DNA of 64,000 nucleotides. Source: Lingula anatina. Lineage: Eukaryota > Animalia > Brachiopoda. Under the pieces are notes generated by a model, which searched no databases, had not been told where the DNA came from, and was given only the letters and a program-made list of their open reading frames with translations. The stretch spans positions 6,014,001 to 6,078,000 of the forward strand of contig CM120642.1 of assembly GCA_051362555.1 (NCBI GenBank), read 5' to 3'. The translations under genes and the position numbers were made by a program. Below are positions 50,580 through 64,000 of this stretch, piece by piece. Each line of letters opens with the position of its first letter. Within the stretch, counting starts at the first letter, position 1.

Positions 50580-51713
50580 ATGGATCGCAGAACCTTGAGA
50601 GGGGCTCGTAAGTGGCTATTTTACGGATGGATACTAACATCCGCCGTGCTTATGTATCTATACCTCTCGTCATCAGCATCTATGCCGAATAAAGCCGGTT
50701 ATACGGAACTGTCAAATTTACTTCGATTCCGGATTATTCTTTTTTGGAACGATCAAAATAACGTCTACGGACTCCCGTGGTACGCAAATGACCAAATCTT
50801 TGGGCCCGACTCCGAATGTCCGACGGCTGCTGAAGGAGGGTGCTGGTTTACCAAAGACAGGCGATTTTTGGAGATAGCCGATGTGATCATATTTAACATT
50901 CCAGAATATAACTGGAGGAAAGAAGAAGTTCCGAAGTTTCGGTTACCCCATCAACGTTGGGTGATGTGGACTCACGAGAGCCCGTGCTACAGCCCTCCTC
51001 CTGGGCCTAATTGGGGTGGTCTGGAAAATAAGTTCAATTGGACCTTGACATACAGAAAGGATTCGGATATATTTTCGCCTTATGGTTATATAGTGAAACG
51101 GGACCCTCCTTTGAATCGAGATTTTGTCGAGGTGGCGAAAAAGAAAAAGAAGCTGGTGGCCTGGATGTCTAGCCATTGTCCTGTTTCCAGCAAGCGGGAC
51201 GAATACGTCAAAGAGCTCCAGAAGTACATTCCTGTTGATATTTACGGTTCGTGTGGAACGCTCAAATGTGGAAAGGAGAAAGACAGCGACTGTTTAAAAA
51301 TGATAAGTGACACATACAAATTCTATCTCTCATTTGAAAACAGTATTTCGACGGATTACGTTACTGAAAAGTTTTACAAAATGGTAGACTATGACGTCGT
51401 TACAATATTGCGTGGTGGCACAGACTATTCGCGGCTGGACTTTCAAAAGGAATGGTACATTAGCACGGGAGATTTTAAGAGCCCAAAAGAATTGGCCGAA
51501 CATTTGAAAAAATTGGACGCCAATGTCGAAGAATATGCCAAGCTTCTGAACTGGAAAAATCATTATACGAGTAAAAAACGTCCGTTTGATAAACGATTTT
51601 GCGAGTTGTGCCGTCGAGCAGACGATCCAAAGGAGCCAATTAAATGGTGGACACGTGATCAACTCGTAAAATGGTTTTGGACGGACGAATGTAAAGCCCC
51701 GACGGACATGTAA
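50580..51713 (+). CDS. Alpha-(1,3)-fucosyltransferase (GT10 family), 377 aa, single coding exon
   Basis: N-terminal signal anchor; ADVIIF, HESP, FNWTLTYRKDSDI and the alpha-1,3-FucT motif YKFYLSFENSISTDYVTEKF. Confidence 0.95.
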   Translation: MDRRTLRGARKWLFYGWILTSAVLMYLYLSSSASMPNKAGYTELSNLLRFRIILFWNDQNNVYGLPWYANDQIFGPDSECPTAAEGGCWFTKDRRFLEIADVIIFNIPEYNWRKEEVPKFRLPHQRWVMWTHESPCYSPPPGPNWGGLENKFNWTLTYRKDSDIFSPYGYIVKRDPPLNRDFVEVAKKKKKLVAWMSSHCPVSSKRDEYVKELQKYIPVDIYGSCGTLKCGKEKDSDCLKMISDTYKFYLSFENSISTDYVTEKFYKMVDYDVVTILRGGTDYSRLDFQKEWYISTGDFKSPKELAEHLKKLDANVEEYAKLLNWKNHYTSKKRPFDKRFCELCRRADDPKEPIKWWTRDQLVKWFWTDECKAPTDM

Positions 51714-52842
51714 ATAGTTGCCCTAGTCAGTATATTCTCATCTGACTGTGATATTTTGTAAACAAAACATATTGTTAATATCACAAAGTATTATTTTGTC
51801 AGCATTAAAAACTAATTTGGGGGATAATATTTTTCTTTATTGAATGGTACATGTGGTTTCACAATAATAAACATGTCAAGTTTGAACGCGAATTTTTTTC
51901 TTTTTAGTCGCATCTTTCTCTTGTAACTGACATCTATATAGGGTTGATTTACTTCCTACACAACATAGTCCTTTTATTTTACGGTGCCATGGATAAATTT
52001 GCCCACGGATAGAAACATAATCTTTCATTAAATTGCTCTTTCGGATACCAAGGTTTCTATTTCCTTTTGGCGTTTTTTCACATTTCCCATTAACTCCGAG
52101 ATATGTTTGCAGCATTATAGAACCATAACTTCATAGATAACGTTAAAATAGTTCCCTTGAAGCAGGTAGGCTAATTTCATCTGCAATAGTGATATGCAAT
52201 GAAATAAACATTGCAGCCGCAAGAACGAAGCATTAACCAGAAAATGAAACAGAATCCCGCTTTAAGTAATACGAGGTGTAAACGAAACAAAGTAAAATAG
52301 ATGCATTTTCTTTGTACTAGATGCTGGTCAAAGAACAAAACGCCTTAGAAAGGTAGCTGAATTATTGCTAATGTGGTAAAACAGTTTAGCACAAAAACTC
52401 CTTCAAATGAAGCCCAGTAAAATTGACATAGCACACGTATAATGAGCATCAAAGTTTATCATTTGGCACTGAGATCTCTCAAACAACTGTCCACGAGAAC
52501 TGATCATCACGATCCGATTAAAGTTAACGTGCAAGATGGAGAGACATCCGTTCAGTCGACAAACTTGAACGCTTGAACATAGAAAGGATTTTTTTCTTAA
52601 AGATCCATTACAATCCGATAAAATAGAGTGTGAAAGATAATGGAACATTGGGCCGTGCGTAAAGGATATTAGTGTTTTTATCACTTCATTTACAGTCTCC
52701 CAGGAGACGAATAACGCAGGCAAGGCAAGATATCAGCGCCATTAATGTGTGCAAATAAACCTTACCTTTTAATAGCCAAATAATGATTTCAAAGGTGTTC
52801 AGCGGATTCTGTACTAATAGCCTTTTGTCAATAATTGCCATT

Positions 52843-53020
52843 GGGTCCCATTCAGAACAGTGGACTTACTAGTCCGAGGGTCAATTATTGCCGACCCACT
52901 TCAACACTTCCCCACGGGGAATCTATTCAGTGTCTATAAGAGGATTAGACGACAAGCTTTGTAGTGGGTCGCCATATTTGACCCTCGGACTAGTTAGTCC
53001 ACTGTTCTGAATGCGGCCTT
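52843..53020. mobile_element. Palindromic Harbinger-like MITE
   Basis: CATTCAGAACAGTGGACTTACTAGTCCGAGGGTCAA / TTGACCCTCGGACTAGTTAGTCCACTGTTCTGAATG long inverted repeat. Confidence 0.8.
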
Positions 53021-53416
53021 AGATTTATGAGATTTTCACAGCCTGGATTTTTCTGAGCTTTAAATGGGTCACCGAAAAACCTGTCTGATTAAACCAATAT
53101 AATTATCCTGGCCACAATAAGGAGTAATAAATAAGATATATAATATACACAAAATTTCAATTCAAAAGCTTGTGAACTGTTGGTTATTGAACGTTATATC
53201 GGGTACATAAAAAACGTACTTATTTCAAAGTTCAATAAATTCAACAGTTCAAAAGCTTTGAACGAAAATTTTGCACAGATTTTGATAGGTTATTATTGGA
53301 CCCTGAAAATTTCAAGCGTTTAAAGTGGATCAGTTTTGAAATTATCACCAAATTAAAAACACATTGACAGGTGTCATAACCTACAGACACTGGCACCTTT
53401 CAGAAGTCACACAAGC

Positions 53417-53569
53417 CGGTGTGACAGGAATGGTATCCCTAGGAATATGATTAGTACAGGTTAGAATTAGTCGGAGTATTGAGGTTAGTATATGGGACGA
53501 ATGCCACCTACACAAAGTAATGGGGAACAGGCTACGGTTTCCAGAGGACTACCATTTCTGCCACACCTG
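53417..53569. mobile_element. Short MITE
   Basis: Inverted ends GGTGTGACAGGAATGGTA / TACCATTTCTGCCACACC. Confidence 0.55.
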
Positions 53570-54417
53570 TATAGTACTTTTTGCCTATAGATTTTTTTTC
53601 GGTTTTCCAAAACTAAGGTAGAGTCATGAAATTCTCAGCCTTTATTAAAACCAAAAAGCATCTTAAATGTCATTGCAACTTTTACAATACTGTTGAAGTA
53701 AAACTGGTATTTTAGCATATTTCTGAATTTGGGACCATTAACGAACGAAATTAAAATATTATTGTGGGCGTAGGAAAATTTCCCAGTCACTTCTTTTCAC
53801 GGAAATCTTGTAATCGACCCTTTCAACAGAAAAATTTAAAGACAGAAGTGATATTGACGGAATATTATATTTCAATTTATTTCTAAATTTACAAAATTAA
53901 TGCTGAATTGGAACTAGACGCCCATCGTCTGAGGTTTGTAGCGAATGGGAACAGGATGAAGTGCTGTACATACACATACAAACAAACTGCAGCTGGTCAT
54001 TTCAGCTTTGTTGATCTGTGGATCATTCATATAAATAAGGGCGGATTGAGGCCATCTTCTGGGTCTTCTGGAAGATGGTCAGAATTTTTCAAGTTTACAT
54101 TGATGGGCATCTAATTTTTTTGTGGGAAGACAGTCAAAATTGAGGATGGATTAAAAAGACAGTTGGGAAGACTGTCGAAAAAAATATCTCCGGATCTGCC
54201 TCCTTCTCTCTCTATATATATAAAGTCATCAGTCAGTTATTCCATTTCTTTGCATTTGCATTTTTAAGTAGCATGGATCATTTGAATAGCTTATCTTTTA
54301 GCTGTTGAATCATTATTAAAAATTTGGATGGAATCTTTAAAACATTTCAGCTACACAGGACTTACAGACAATTAATTAAATTTAGTTTTTTTAAATAAAA
54401 TATTCAATTTCTGTAAC

Positions 54418-54421
<4 letters not shown>

Positions 54422-54494
<73 letters not shown>
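54422..54494. repeat. (TA)n microsatellite
   Basis: Directly visible. Confidence 0.95.
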
Positions 54495-54496
<2 letters not shown>

Positions 54497-54672
54497 TGTC
54501 TTATAGCATATCTTATTTTTTACATTGGGCATGCCATTCAAGCATTACACGTGCAGTAATGTTATTTCAATGTTTTCAATTGAGTTTTTGGTTAAATAGC
54601 ATTCAGAATCAAAGAAATAAGCACTAACTAAAGCCTGCTTAAGCCCTTCATATATTATTATAATCAAATGCT

Positions 54673-57600
54673 TTAACTGATATTGAGTATCTTTTTGACA
54701 TAATTTCTGACATTTATATGGAGTTGCGATGCTGTTTCCTCAAAAACACTGTGAGCCATTTTCTTTGCTGTTTCAGACCCTTTCATCATTGCACGATAGA
54801 TTGGAAGGACATACTTCTGTTTCCCTGGAAAGATTCAAAGCAAGGAATTTTAAAATTATTAACCCAAAAAGTATTCTTAAACTACAGGCTGTAAGACTGA
54901 GTTAACACTAAGCACAATAAAGCAATTCTGAACTTACAATATGATGTGCCTTTTATTTGTCTGTTCCTTTCTGTTCAATTCACTTAATGTTTTTTTCTTG
55001 TTTCTCTAATTGTTTTGCACATTGAAATGACATCAAAGTTACTTCAATGAATATTCTTTATAACTTATCAAAACAAATATTCTATACCAACTAAATGATC
55101 AGGGATATAAAGATTTTTATCCCCCCTCCCTCTAATATTTCCGTGCTTCACAATGTCCCTATTCCCTGGAGAGGGGGTTTCTGAGATACTGAAATATTGG
55201 AGTGTAAATGACTCTTAATTAAGCCGTTTAGTTACTTGAATAATTTTAAACTGTATTGTAACTTAGGGTGCACAACACACGTGATGAAATCTTTTGTTGA
55301 GTAATCAGTGGGTAAAATATGCAATATTCCTTTCCCACCCTTCTTATTGATGTGAAAAAAGTATATTTGTAAACTACCTTGGCTGTGTAGGAACTGTCTG
55401 ATATTTGGAAAGTCCTCCTGGTAATCATGCTTTAGTGTGATCTGTGACCATCTCAGTCTCACCTAATACACAGAAGGTAATATAGGGGTATACTGATGAA
55501 ATTCTACTTTGTTTGAATAATCTGGACCTCCTTTGGGCCCTGTTTCATAAAATAAGTTACAATTACAAAGGTTGGTTTTAAACCTAATTTTTAGTCTTAT
55601 TTCACAGTAAAGTTTAACCCGGCAAGATAGGTATTAGTGTAATCAAATGAAATATTACACTTTAAAAAATAATAAACAGAATAAAACAGGATAAAATAAG
55701 AATAATTTTCTTGTTGTAAACCAAATGTTTCTTCATTTTACAGGACTGCTAATAACTATGGATTTGCCTTTATCAATGAAATATATCAATGTAATATAAG
55801 AAATTATTCTCACTTCTGCATTATGAGTATTGGCAATGAAAGGGTAAGTTTCTGCCATTTTCTTCAGAGTGTTCTCTGGCAGCTTGCTCTTTTCCAGTAT
55901 CTTGTCTAAAAAGTGGAAAACTTGATATGTTTTCCACCTGGATGGATCTTTGTCAGAACATTCCTGCAATATAAGTGCTTAGCTAAGGCATGAAGGTTAG
56001 GTGATATATCTTTCAAAATAGCAGCCCTTTTGGAATGATTTACCAATCTATCCTAAGAAAAAAAAAAATGAATCCAGGAAACTTAAAAAAGGAGAACTAA
56101 AAAGTCATCTTTTAAGCAATATTACTTTACACAATTTTGCTTCTTATTAGAAAGGATAATTGATTTTATGTTTAAAACTGAAACGTAAACTTGGGACGAC
56201 CTTCACAACCATTAGAAAATAACAGTGCAGTTAATCATAAAACATATCAAATCAGGCCCGAAGCTAGGGGGGGTTTCAGTGAGTATGAATGAATCACACT
56301 TTTTGCTGGAAAAAGGTCCACTCTAGGTAAAATTTGATCTAGATACATAAAGGTTTCATGGTAAAAGGTCCACTATTTCAGAAAAAGACCCCTCCCCCTT
56401 CTTTGAAATCAATACTTTAAGTTCTAGATGAAGACTGATTACAGTGACGGGGACAGGGAAACAATTGGTTATGAAGGATGCCAAATCCAATTAACCAGAA
56501 GATAAGTCTGGATGTTTTTTTTCTTCCTTCAGACTTGGAAATTCTAGCTAAGCTAATTACCAAGATGCCAATCTTTAACCCTTTGAGATAAGATGACACA
56601 TTTCCATTAATCTTTGAGTTAAAGTTATCACATTAAAAATAAGTCATTAATAAGACAATTGAACAAAAATGTTAAATAAATCAAGGAATTAAACTGAAAA
56701 AGTTATGCTCAAAAAAACTGAATTTCTACATTGGTATGCTTTTCAAACACATGACAAAAAAAATGATACTGATAAATAAGATGTAATATAGAAGAGGATG
56801 GTTTATGGCCTATCCTTTTCAATCACCCTTCTCCCAATGGTCAGCACACAATTGATTTCAATTAAACATTCATTAAATCAGACGGACTCTTAGATCAATA
56901 CAAACTGTGACACCTTTTCTCTTGGGAGAGAAATGTATATGCTTCTTTGCTGTATGGAGTAGAAATGTGACATTTCTGCTCCATGCAGCGAAGACGCATA
57001 TTGAAGACACATACACGAAAAAGATGGCTATTAAGGGCATTAACTGTAATCCCCCAAGACTGCTTAATAGACTTTAACCCAGTCGTTGAGTAAATCAGCT
57101 TTCATAATTAATTAATAATAAAATAAATTTCCACCTAATTACTTTAGGGAGCAATTTAAGCTTCAATGTGTGTAAAAGACATGCATATTAGCCAAGTTGC
57201 TCACAGTAAATTTGTTGTGACCTGAATAACAAAATTTGTTTTCAACAAAAGTCAATAAAAATGACAGTTTTAGCTCCATTTTAAATGACAGCCATGCTAC
57301 ATTTAATTAAGCTACAAATAAATTATGCTTAAATGCACTTACATTTCCTAAAGGTTTTTAAATTGCTGGTAATTATTTAGCTGTAACATAAAACTAACCC
57401 CAGTAAACCAATATTTTTAAATGGTATATCTCAGGTTTTGCTCTGATAGAGATGATACAAGCTTCTAATCAACTCTCAGTTTGTTCTCAAACCTAATTCA
57501 AAAGGGTTCTCCTACCTGGGTTTCACCTGCCCAGTAGTTGGCCAGTTCTTCTGCTGGGGTGGTCAAGGCACGTCCAGCAGACAGATCAGGGACATAGGGA

Positions 57601-59741
57601 GGCCAGCCTGCTTTCTCCAGCCATGTCGCCTTGAACTCAAACCCTGGCCTATAGGAACAGTTACATAATAATTAAATGAGTAAGGTAAAAAAAAAGAAAG
57701 AAAGAAAGAAAGAAAAGAATAAAATAGAAGGAATACTTGGACTATGGCCAGTTTTGAAATCTTTCTGTTTAGACTAACAAGTAAACTCAGCAGGTTTCAG
57801 CTTAAAACAGAGTTACCTTTGGAATGTCCAACAAAAAGCTACTGATTAGATATTGGGGTTAAATAAAAATTTTGAAGAGTGTCAGATTCTGAACAAAAAC
57901 TATTAACAGTAGAAAAAGTAATTTTTTTTTCAAAATCTTATTTGCCTCTATAATTAAAAATGTACAAAAAGTAAAGTCTCAGTGTGATCACAATACAATA
58001 CTTACTTCTTATCAACTTGCTGCTCTTTAAGATTAGGGAAACAGTCTAGAAAGAAATCTAATGTATCCTCAGCTACGATGCTCTAAAAGAGAAGGCAATA
58101 ACTAAGTTAATCTAAATCTAATCTTAAAAATCAGACAACACCCAATTAATGTCAATATACTCTTTAAAATAGAAAGGTTCACATGTGTTATATAATACTA
58201 TGTTCTTAATGAGAAACCAATCTCATCTCAAAAAAAAAAAAAAATGCAAAAAAAGTCTTTTAGTATTAAAGCTATATATCAAATATTTACAAATCTTCAC
58301 TTTCAAATTGAAAAACAGGAAAAATTTAACAGAAAACTGACGCCCTTACTGATAATTTTGCTTCAATCTTATGCTTCATTTTTTCAACCTTTACAATTCA
58401 AGTACCTTGAACTTGAATTTCTCCACATATTTCTTGAGAAAATCATCAAATTCTTTCACTCCACCAGCCAGCTGTTGGAGATAGCAGACAAAGGTGTATC
58501 CTTTCTCATACGGTGTCTCATTGTAGGTGTCGTCTGGGTCCACCCCTGGTTCTATGACCACCCTCAGTTTGTTCAGTGGATGGTCCTTAAATCAATTTAA
58601 TTCAATGTCTAAATTTTGTCTAATCATCAAAAAAAAAAAAAATACTTTCTTGAAAAAAAAACAGAGAGGGTGAAGATTATATCTAAATGCATATAGTTTT
58701 TATTTTGCTTAAAAAGTTGAAGTAAATGATAAAAAAAATTACATGTGTTCTTTTTAAGTGCAAGGTTTGAACAATGTGCAATTATTGTATATATTAATTT
58801 TTGTAAAATGGAACCATTATTGTTTATATATCACCATTGTTTATTGATTCTTACCTCTCCAGTGTCATCCATGTGTTGCCGTAGCAATGCCAGCCCTGTG
58901 GTAGCTTCAAGACAGGTGTAAGCTTTCCCCAGACCTGGCAATTCCTCCATAATCCTCCTCTGAGCAAACATGGTGAAACCCTTAAAAATCATCGACTAAT
59001 ATTTAACAAGGCAGGCTAAACCCTCTAAGATCTCCATCTTTAGTATTATCAAACCAGCTAATATAAAGACTAACCTAAATTCTTTCACCATAAAATTGAA
59101 ATGAATAATAATGAATAATGATGAACACTTACTGTATAATTTGATTTTTGTGTGCTAGTTATCATGTCATTTGTAGTGTCAGTTTGTATACATGTACGTG
59201 ATGAAGAAAATCAAATGTCACCAATATATTTTGTACCTCATTCAACCAGAACTCTCCCCAATTGGCATTGGTAACAAGATTTCCAAACCAACTGTGGGAC
59301 TGAAAAGTTGAAGACAAACATTTAACTTCTATTTACAAAAAGAATTTAAAAAACAATATCAAGGGCCACTTTACACAAAACATACTTTCCTTCTAGATTT
59401 TATGTTTTAAATCCATTTTCGAAGTAAAGTCAATTTTAAAGATTTTAAAACAGTAAAATGGAAAATACCTAATAAAGATCTATGTATTACTTACTATCTC
59501 ATGAATGACAACATCAGTCAGTGATTTGTCTCCAACTAGTAAACAGGGGGTTACAAATGTTAGGCAAGGGTTCTCCATTCCTCCATATGGGAAAGATGGC
59601 GGCATAACAAGCAGGTCATATCTTCCCCACTGATATGGTCCAAACAACTCCTCCCCTTTGCTGAGAAAAATTTCCACTTCTCCATCAAACTCATTTTTTG
59701 CTTTTTCCTGCAAGAGGGATTATAGCCACTGGTGTATCCAG

Positions 59742-59815
<74 letters not shown>

Positions 59816-61352
59816 TATTACATTTCATTGATGATATACTATGATATACAAAGCCCTGTTAGAAGAGGGCTAACAGGTACATGTAACATTACATACATGT
59901 ACTACCATTACAGTTAACACAACTTGCTATAATATAGAGCAGTTAGTGCCAGTCACCACAAGTGAAGTAAAGTAAAGTAAATAATTTTTTAAAAGTTAAC
60001 TACAGTTCTGTATTACCTATCTTCTCTCTTTTTTCGTCGTATTATTATCCAAAACTCAAAATTTTGTAGCAAATAACATGGAAAGTAAATGACCCTCCTT
60101 ATTGAAAATATGAAAAATATAAACTATCCACAGCTAACAAATGAAAATTTTAGCAGTTTTACCAGCATAGAGGGCTCTGTCCACACACGACTACGCGGTC
60201 CAATCTCAGCACTGGCCAGGTCACCCACAGCCAGAGCAACAAGGTAGGACTGGACTGGCTGCTGGAGACTGAAGAAAAATGTCTCATGGTCATCTTCTGC
60301 TGTAGCCTCCTTTCTGGACTCACTGGCACTCATTACTGCAGTGAAACCCTTTGGCACCTGAAGAAGATAAATTGATAAAAGAATTAATAACAAACAAGCA
60401 TCAAATACCAATAAAACCAAAGCATTATAGCCAAAAATATTTTTGCAAAAGCAAATAGAATAAAAATAACATCATTATCATTTCACAGTTTAATTTAAAT
60501 GAAAAAAATTAAAAATTTAATACCAAAAAGTAACCCAAGTTGGAGGTAATGACAATTTACCATATCATTACATACTGTGGAAATAAATATAGTTGTCATG
60601 GTATCACTGAATATGTTACACTGAACAATTACAAAACACAAACTAATAAGATCAGTCACCAAGACAATTTCTTTTAAGATATTTCAGGTGGCACTCCAAG
60701 ATAGAACCAACTCAGAAAGTACATGTAAATGTCATAAGTGGCATAACTGACCTTGACAGTGGCTGAATATGGACATTTGACAGCAGGAGTGTCCTGGCAA
60801 GGAAAGAATGACCTGTTGCATGAGGCCTGACCTTGAGTGTACATGTATGGCTTCACCTTGCCTGAAAATATAAAAATATACCAGTACATACATATTGTGT
60901 CAAATGCAGGAAACATGTTTCACTGTTGTCTAAACATATGCAGACATACAGCAGTCTAAGTTTGTAAGTGCTGTAAACAGTAACAGTTTATTTAAGTTAC
61001 CTGCAGTTTGGGCTGGATCCAGCCAACACACTCCAGGGCCACCTGTTGATACATAGTCAATCTTCAAAACAAATTTCTTGCCACCTTCATAAGTTTCTGG
61101 AAACTAGAAAATTAGAGTGACATAATTTTTATATGTTCTAATGTAAGCTGAAATTTTCACTTGTTTTCTATGCAAGGTAAGTAAATGTCATAGGTGTGAG
61201 TGTAAGTATGCCTCATTTCACATAATAAATCTGCAAAAGCAGACAGATGAATGAATGAATGGGGAGGAAGGTGGGTATTTAGATAGGAACGTGGATTTTT
61301 TAAAAATATGTACTGAAAATGTCACCTAAGACCCTGTCTCTTTTTTTGCATT

Positions 61353-61404
<52 letters not shown>

Positions 61405-61623
61405 CATGCTGCTAGTGATCAACACATCTGTTCAGATAGATCCAAAATGATTCAATCTTAAACAAAATGAGAATGAGCATAATTCACCTTTATCTCAAGA
61501 GCTGTGCCATAATCTGCAAATGGTTTGATCTCAAACTCTAGTTGTTCTGCATTTCCACCATCAACTTCTTCTTTCACCACTTTATGAACAGTGAGGGTTT
61601 GGTGGACATCAAGTGTTACTGGA

Positions 61624-61689
<66 letters not shown>

Positions 61690-62725
61690 TGTCAGAGGCT
61701 TTTCATTCACTAAAAAAAAAGAACACTACTACAGATGTAGTAGGCCTTTAAAAACAATTAATTATTTTCAACCTTAAATAAAAACTGAATACTCATTGCC
61801 TTTAAAATACTGGCATCATACATAAAATACAGATTAAATATTTTAAATATACATGGAGTTTTATAATATAATCACTTATAATGATTCACATGTACCTTTT
61901 AACATACTAGTACTATTATAATTCTCACTGTTAACATAAAAATTCAACCTTAAGTTGTAATTAATTTTATTCATTTTCTTATCATCATCATCATTATTAA
62001 AACTGTGTTGAATACACAAAGTAAATTAGCTCTAATATATCTACATGCACTTTTTATATTATTATGCCTCCCATGTCAAGGCCCAAATCAATTGTATCAT
62101 TATGTTATCCTTTGCTGCAACATTTGCAATAAAACAGCTGATAGAAGAATTGATTAAGAGGAACTGAATAACTGCAGTTATGCACACTTTGTTTGAAAAA
62201 TAAATTACTGTTCAATATACACCTTTATACTACCAGTAGATTGAACTGTGCCCAAAAACTCATGTAAGAATTATGCCATACAGTTGATAGTCTTGAAGCC
62301 CACCTTGCTAGTATTATTTCCAAGCTAGCAGTAATGGTGAGTCATTGTCTCGAGTCAATACAATACATGTACACTGCACTAGCGAGTAGTAACGTGATAC
62401 TGAGTACATGCGGCACTCGTAGTACTAGTACCTTTTTTGCTTTAACTTAAGAAAATTTTAAAATATTAATGTCGCATTTGTTAAGATGATAAAAAACATT
62501 AAGGTGATATTTGTGAATACAATCTTTTAAATTGCACATCACTCAGAGTCCCGAGAACCAACCTTTATCAGTAGGCTTCACTACGATAACATCGAGGTCT
62601 GCTCTGGAAACGATGCACCGCTTGTCAAAGTCCACTTTCATATTCAGATGAAACATTTCTACCTTCACATCACGGAAATTTGATGCTGTTGATACATCTG
62701 TCGCTAAATCGGAGTGGAGGACCAT
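54673..62725 (-). CDS. RNPEP: Aminopeptidase B (M1 zinc aminopeptidase, LTA4H-like), ~14 exons
   Basis: Exons include 62725-62563, 61618-61488, 61103-61001, 60861-60752, ~60357-60162, ~59709-59495, ~59299-59237, through ~54824-54673. Motifs [51 protein letters not shown] and the RNPEP-type C-terminus [14 protein letters not shown]...TASQLH. Confidence 0.92.
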
Positions 62726-63516
62726 GGTTTCCGTATTTCTGCTAGGTTATTTGTAGATTATTATTATTTACAGTATATACAAATAACTATATTTCTAACT
62801 CCCGGTAAAATCAAATGACCATCACTCCCCCGACCTTGACCTTATTTTCTGACTAGATTCCAAAGGAGATATTAATTCTATAAACCAATAAATAACCACG
62901 TTTATGAAACAAATAATAACTTTGGTATTTTAAACTCAATTTACTTAATTGATCAGTAAAGATCTATGATAACATAGTAAGGAGATGACTAAATTACCGT
63001 CTTATGTTATATTGAATTAGTAATATTGACTGAGGAACCAGCTCAAGACATTTTACTTTATGAGACTCCAGAAACAAGAGAGGGAACGACGTTATGTGTA
63101 AGCAGTATTTGCCCACTCCCATCAGATATTTCCGTATGATATCGGTTACAGAGGTAATAATATTTTAATATGTAATAAAATACATACATACAGTAAATGC
63201 ATGGACAATCCAACGTTAACATTAATATAGTAAATATAAATTGTGACAGTTTTATTAATTCTGGTTTTTATTTTCTAAATCTTTTTTTCCTTTCAGGATA
63301 ATTTTAACACGTACTGCAATTCTTGAGCAGATTTTCAATGAGTGGGGCGCACAGGCGTTTAACAATATCGCTCGAAGGGATGCTTGGATCTTGGTCCATG
63401 ATGACGTGTGCCAACTATCTTTTCCAAAATGTTTGGGCTGAAAACTGAAACAGTGAAAAGCCTTATACCCGGACGACAGCTGCTGGATGTGATTTTGAAT
63501 TTTAAAAAGTCTGTCA

Positions 63517-64000
63517 ATGGCCCTATATTTATCTCCTCGGGGTATTTGGAGATGTATCAGACGGAAAGGGCTTTTGATATTGAGAGATGTGGCCTTTGCT
63601 TTGGTGCTGTACCTGCTAACATTTGTTTTCATTCTTCCCCAAAACATGAGAAATGTGAGGTTTTCGCCATATTTTATAGAACCGGAGAATATCACTGATA
63701 TTCTAGTTGAACAAAATGAACAGCGTGTAAAGTATGCTCAGGAGTTTCTGAAAGGGTTCACTGCAACAAGAAAAGAAATGTCAGGTCCATCAGATTCTAA
63801 AAAAGATAAAGAATATTTGTACAGCATTGGAATTATCACTCAAGAGCGGAATAATAACAAGGCAAAAAAGAAACCATTTTACTTGACTCAAGTTGCTGCT
63901 CGATTTCTTGAAATACTGCACGGTCCAAATGGAGGTTATTCTGACAGGACAAAAATTTTTATTTGCAATGTTGATCCAAACACATCTGGGGTGAAAGAGG
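63517..64000 (+). CDS. PGAP4: PGAP4/TMEM246-like GPI GalNAc transferase, N-terminal part (runs off the window)
   Basis: Open frame from ATG 63517 to the window end: TM segment LVLYLLTFVFILP, then IGIITQER...FYLTQVAARF...IFICNVD, resembling PGAP4 ITIITVDR..HYVLQVVSQF..LFLCNVE. Upstream acceptor at 63297. Confidence 0.75.
   Translation, partial: MALYLSPRGIWRCIRRKGLLILRDVAFALVLYLLTFVFILPQNMRNVRFSPYFIEPENITDILVEQNEQRVKYAQEFLKGFTATRKEMSGPSDSKKDKEYLYSIGIITQERNNNKAKKKPFYLTQVAARFLEILHGPNGGYSDRTKIFICNVDPNTSGVKE

Noticed and set aside
63255-63698. ORFs 63255-63695(-) and 63408-63698(+)
   Set aside because: Alternative frames overlapping the PGAP4-like frame.

Overview
AT-rich, intron-containing animal genomic DNA rich in microsatellites and transposons; gene content and repeat style suggest a mollusc or other lophotrochozoan (inference). 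The left 36 kb is a tandemly duplicated accessory cluster that the ORF track shows only in fragments. It holds three intact two-exon paralogs of an unannotated 113-aa Cys/His-rich, probably Zn-binding, protein (gene A). Two of them sit head-to-head with an unannotated six-exon 310-aa gene (gene B) across a ~500-bp promoter carrying conserved NF-kB-type sites. The cluster also has a large single-exon ankyrin-repeat/SOCS-box (ASB) gene with a decayed 5' copy, a young CsRN1-type Gypsy element and nested DNA transposons/SINE/LINE. The right half holds a possible GPCR relic, an alpha-1,3-fucosyltransferase, a ~14-exon aminopeptidase B (RNPEP) and the start of a PGAP4/TMEM246-like gene. The best candidate for a new system is the duplicated, putatively NF-kB-driven B<->A(+ASB) module.
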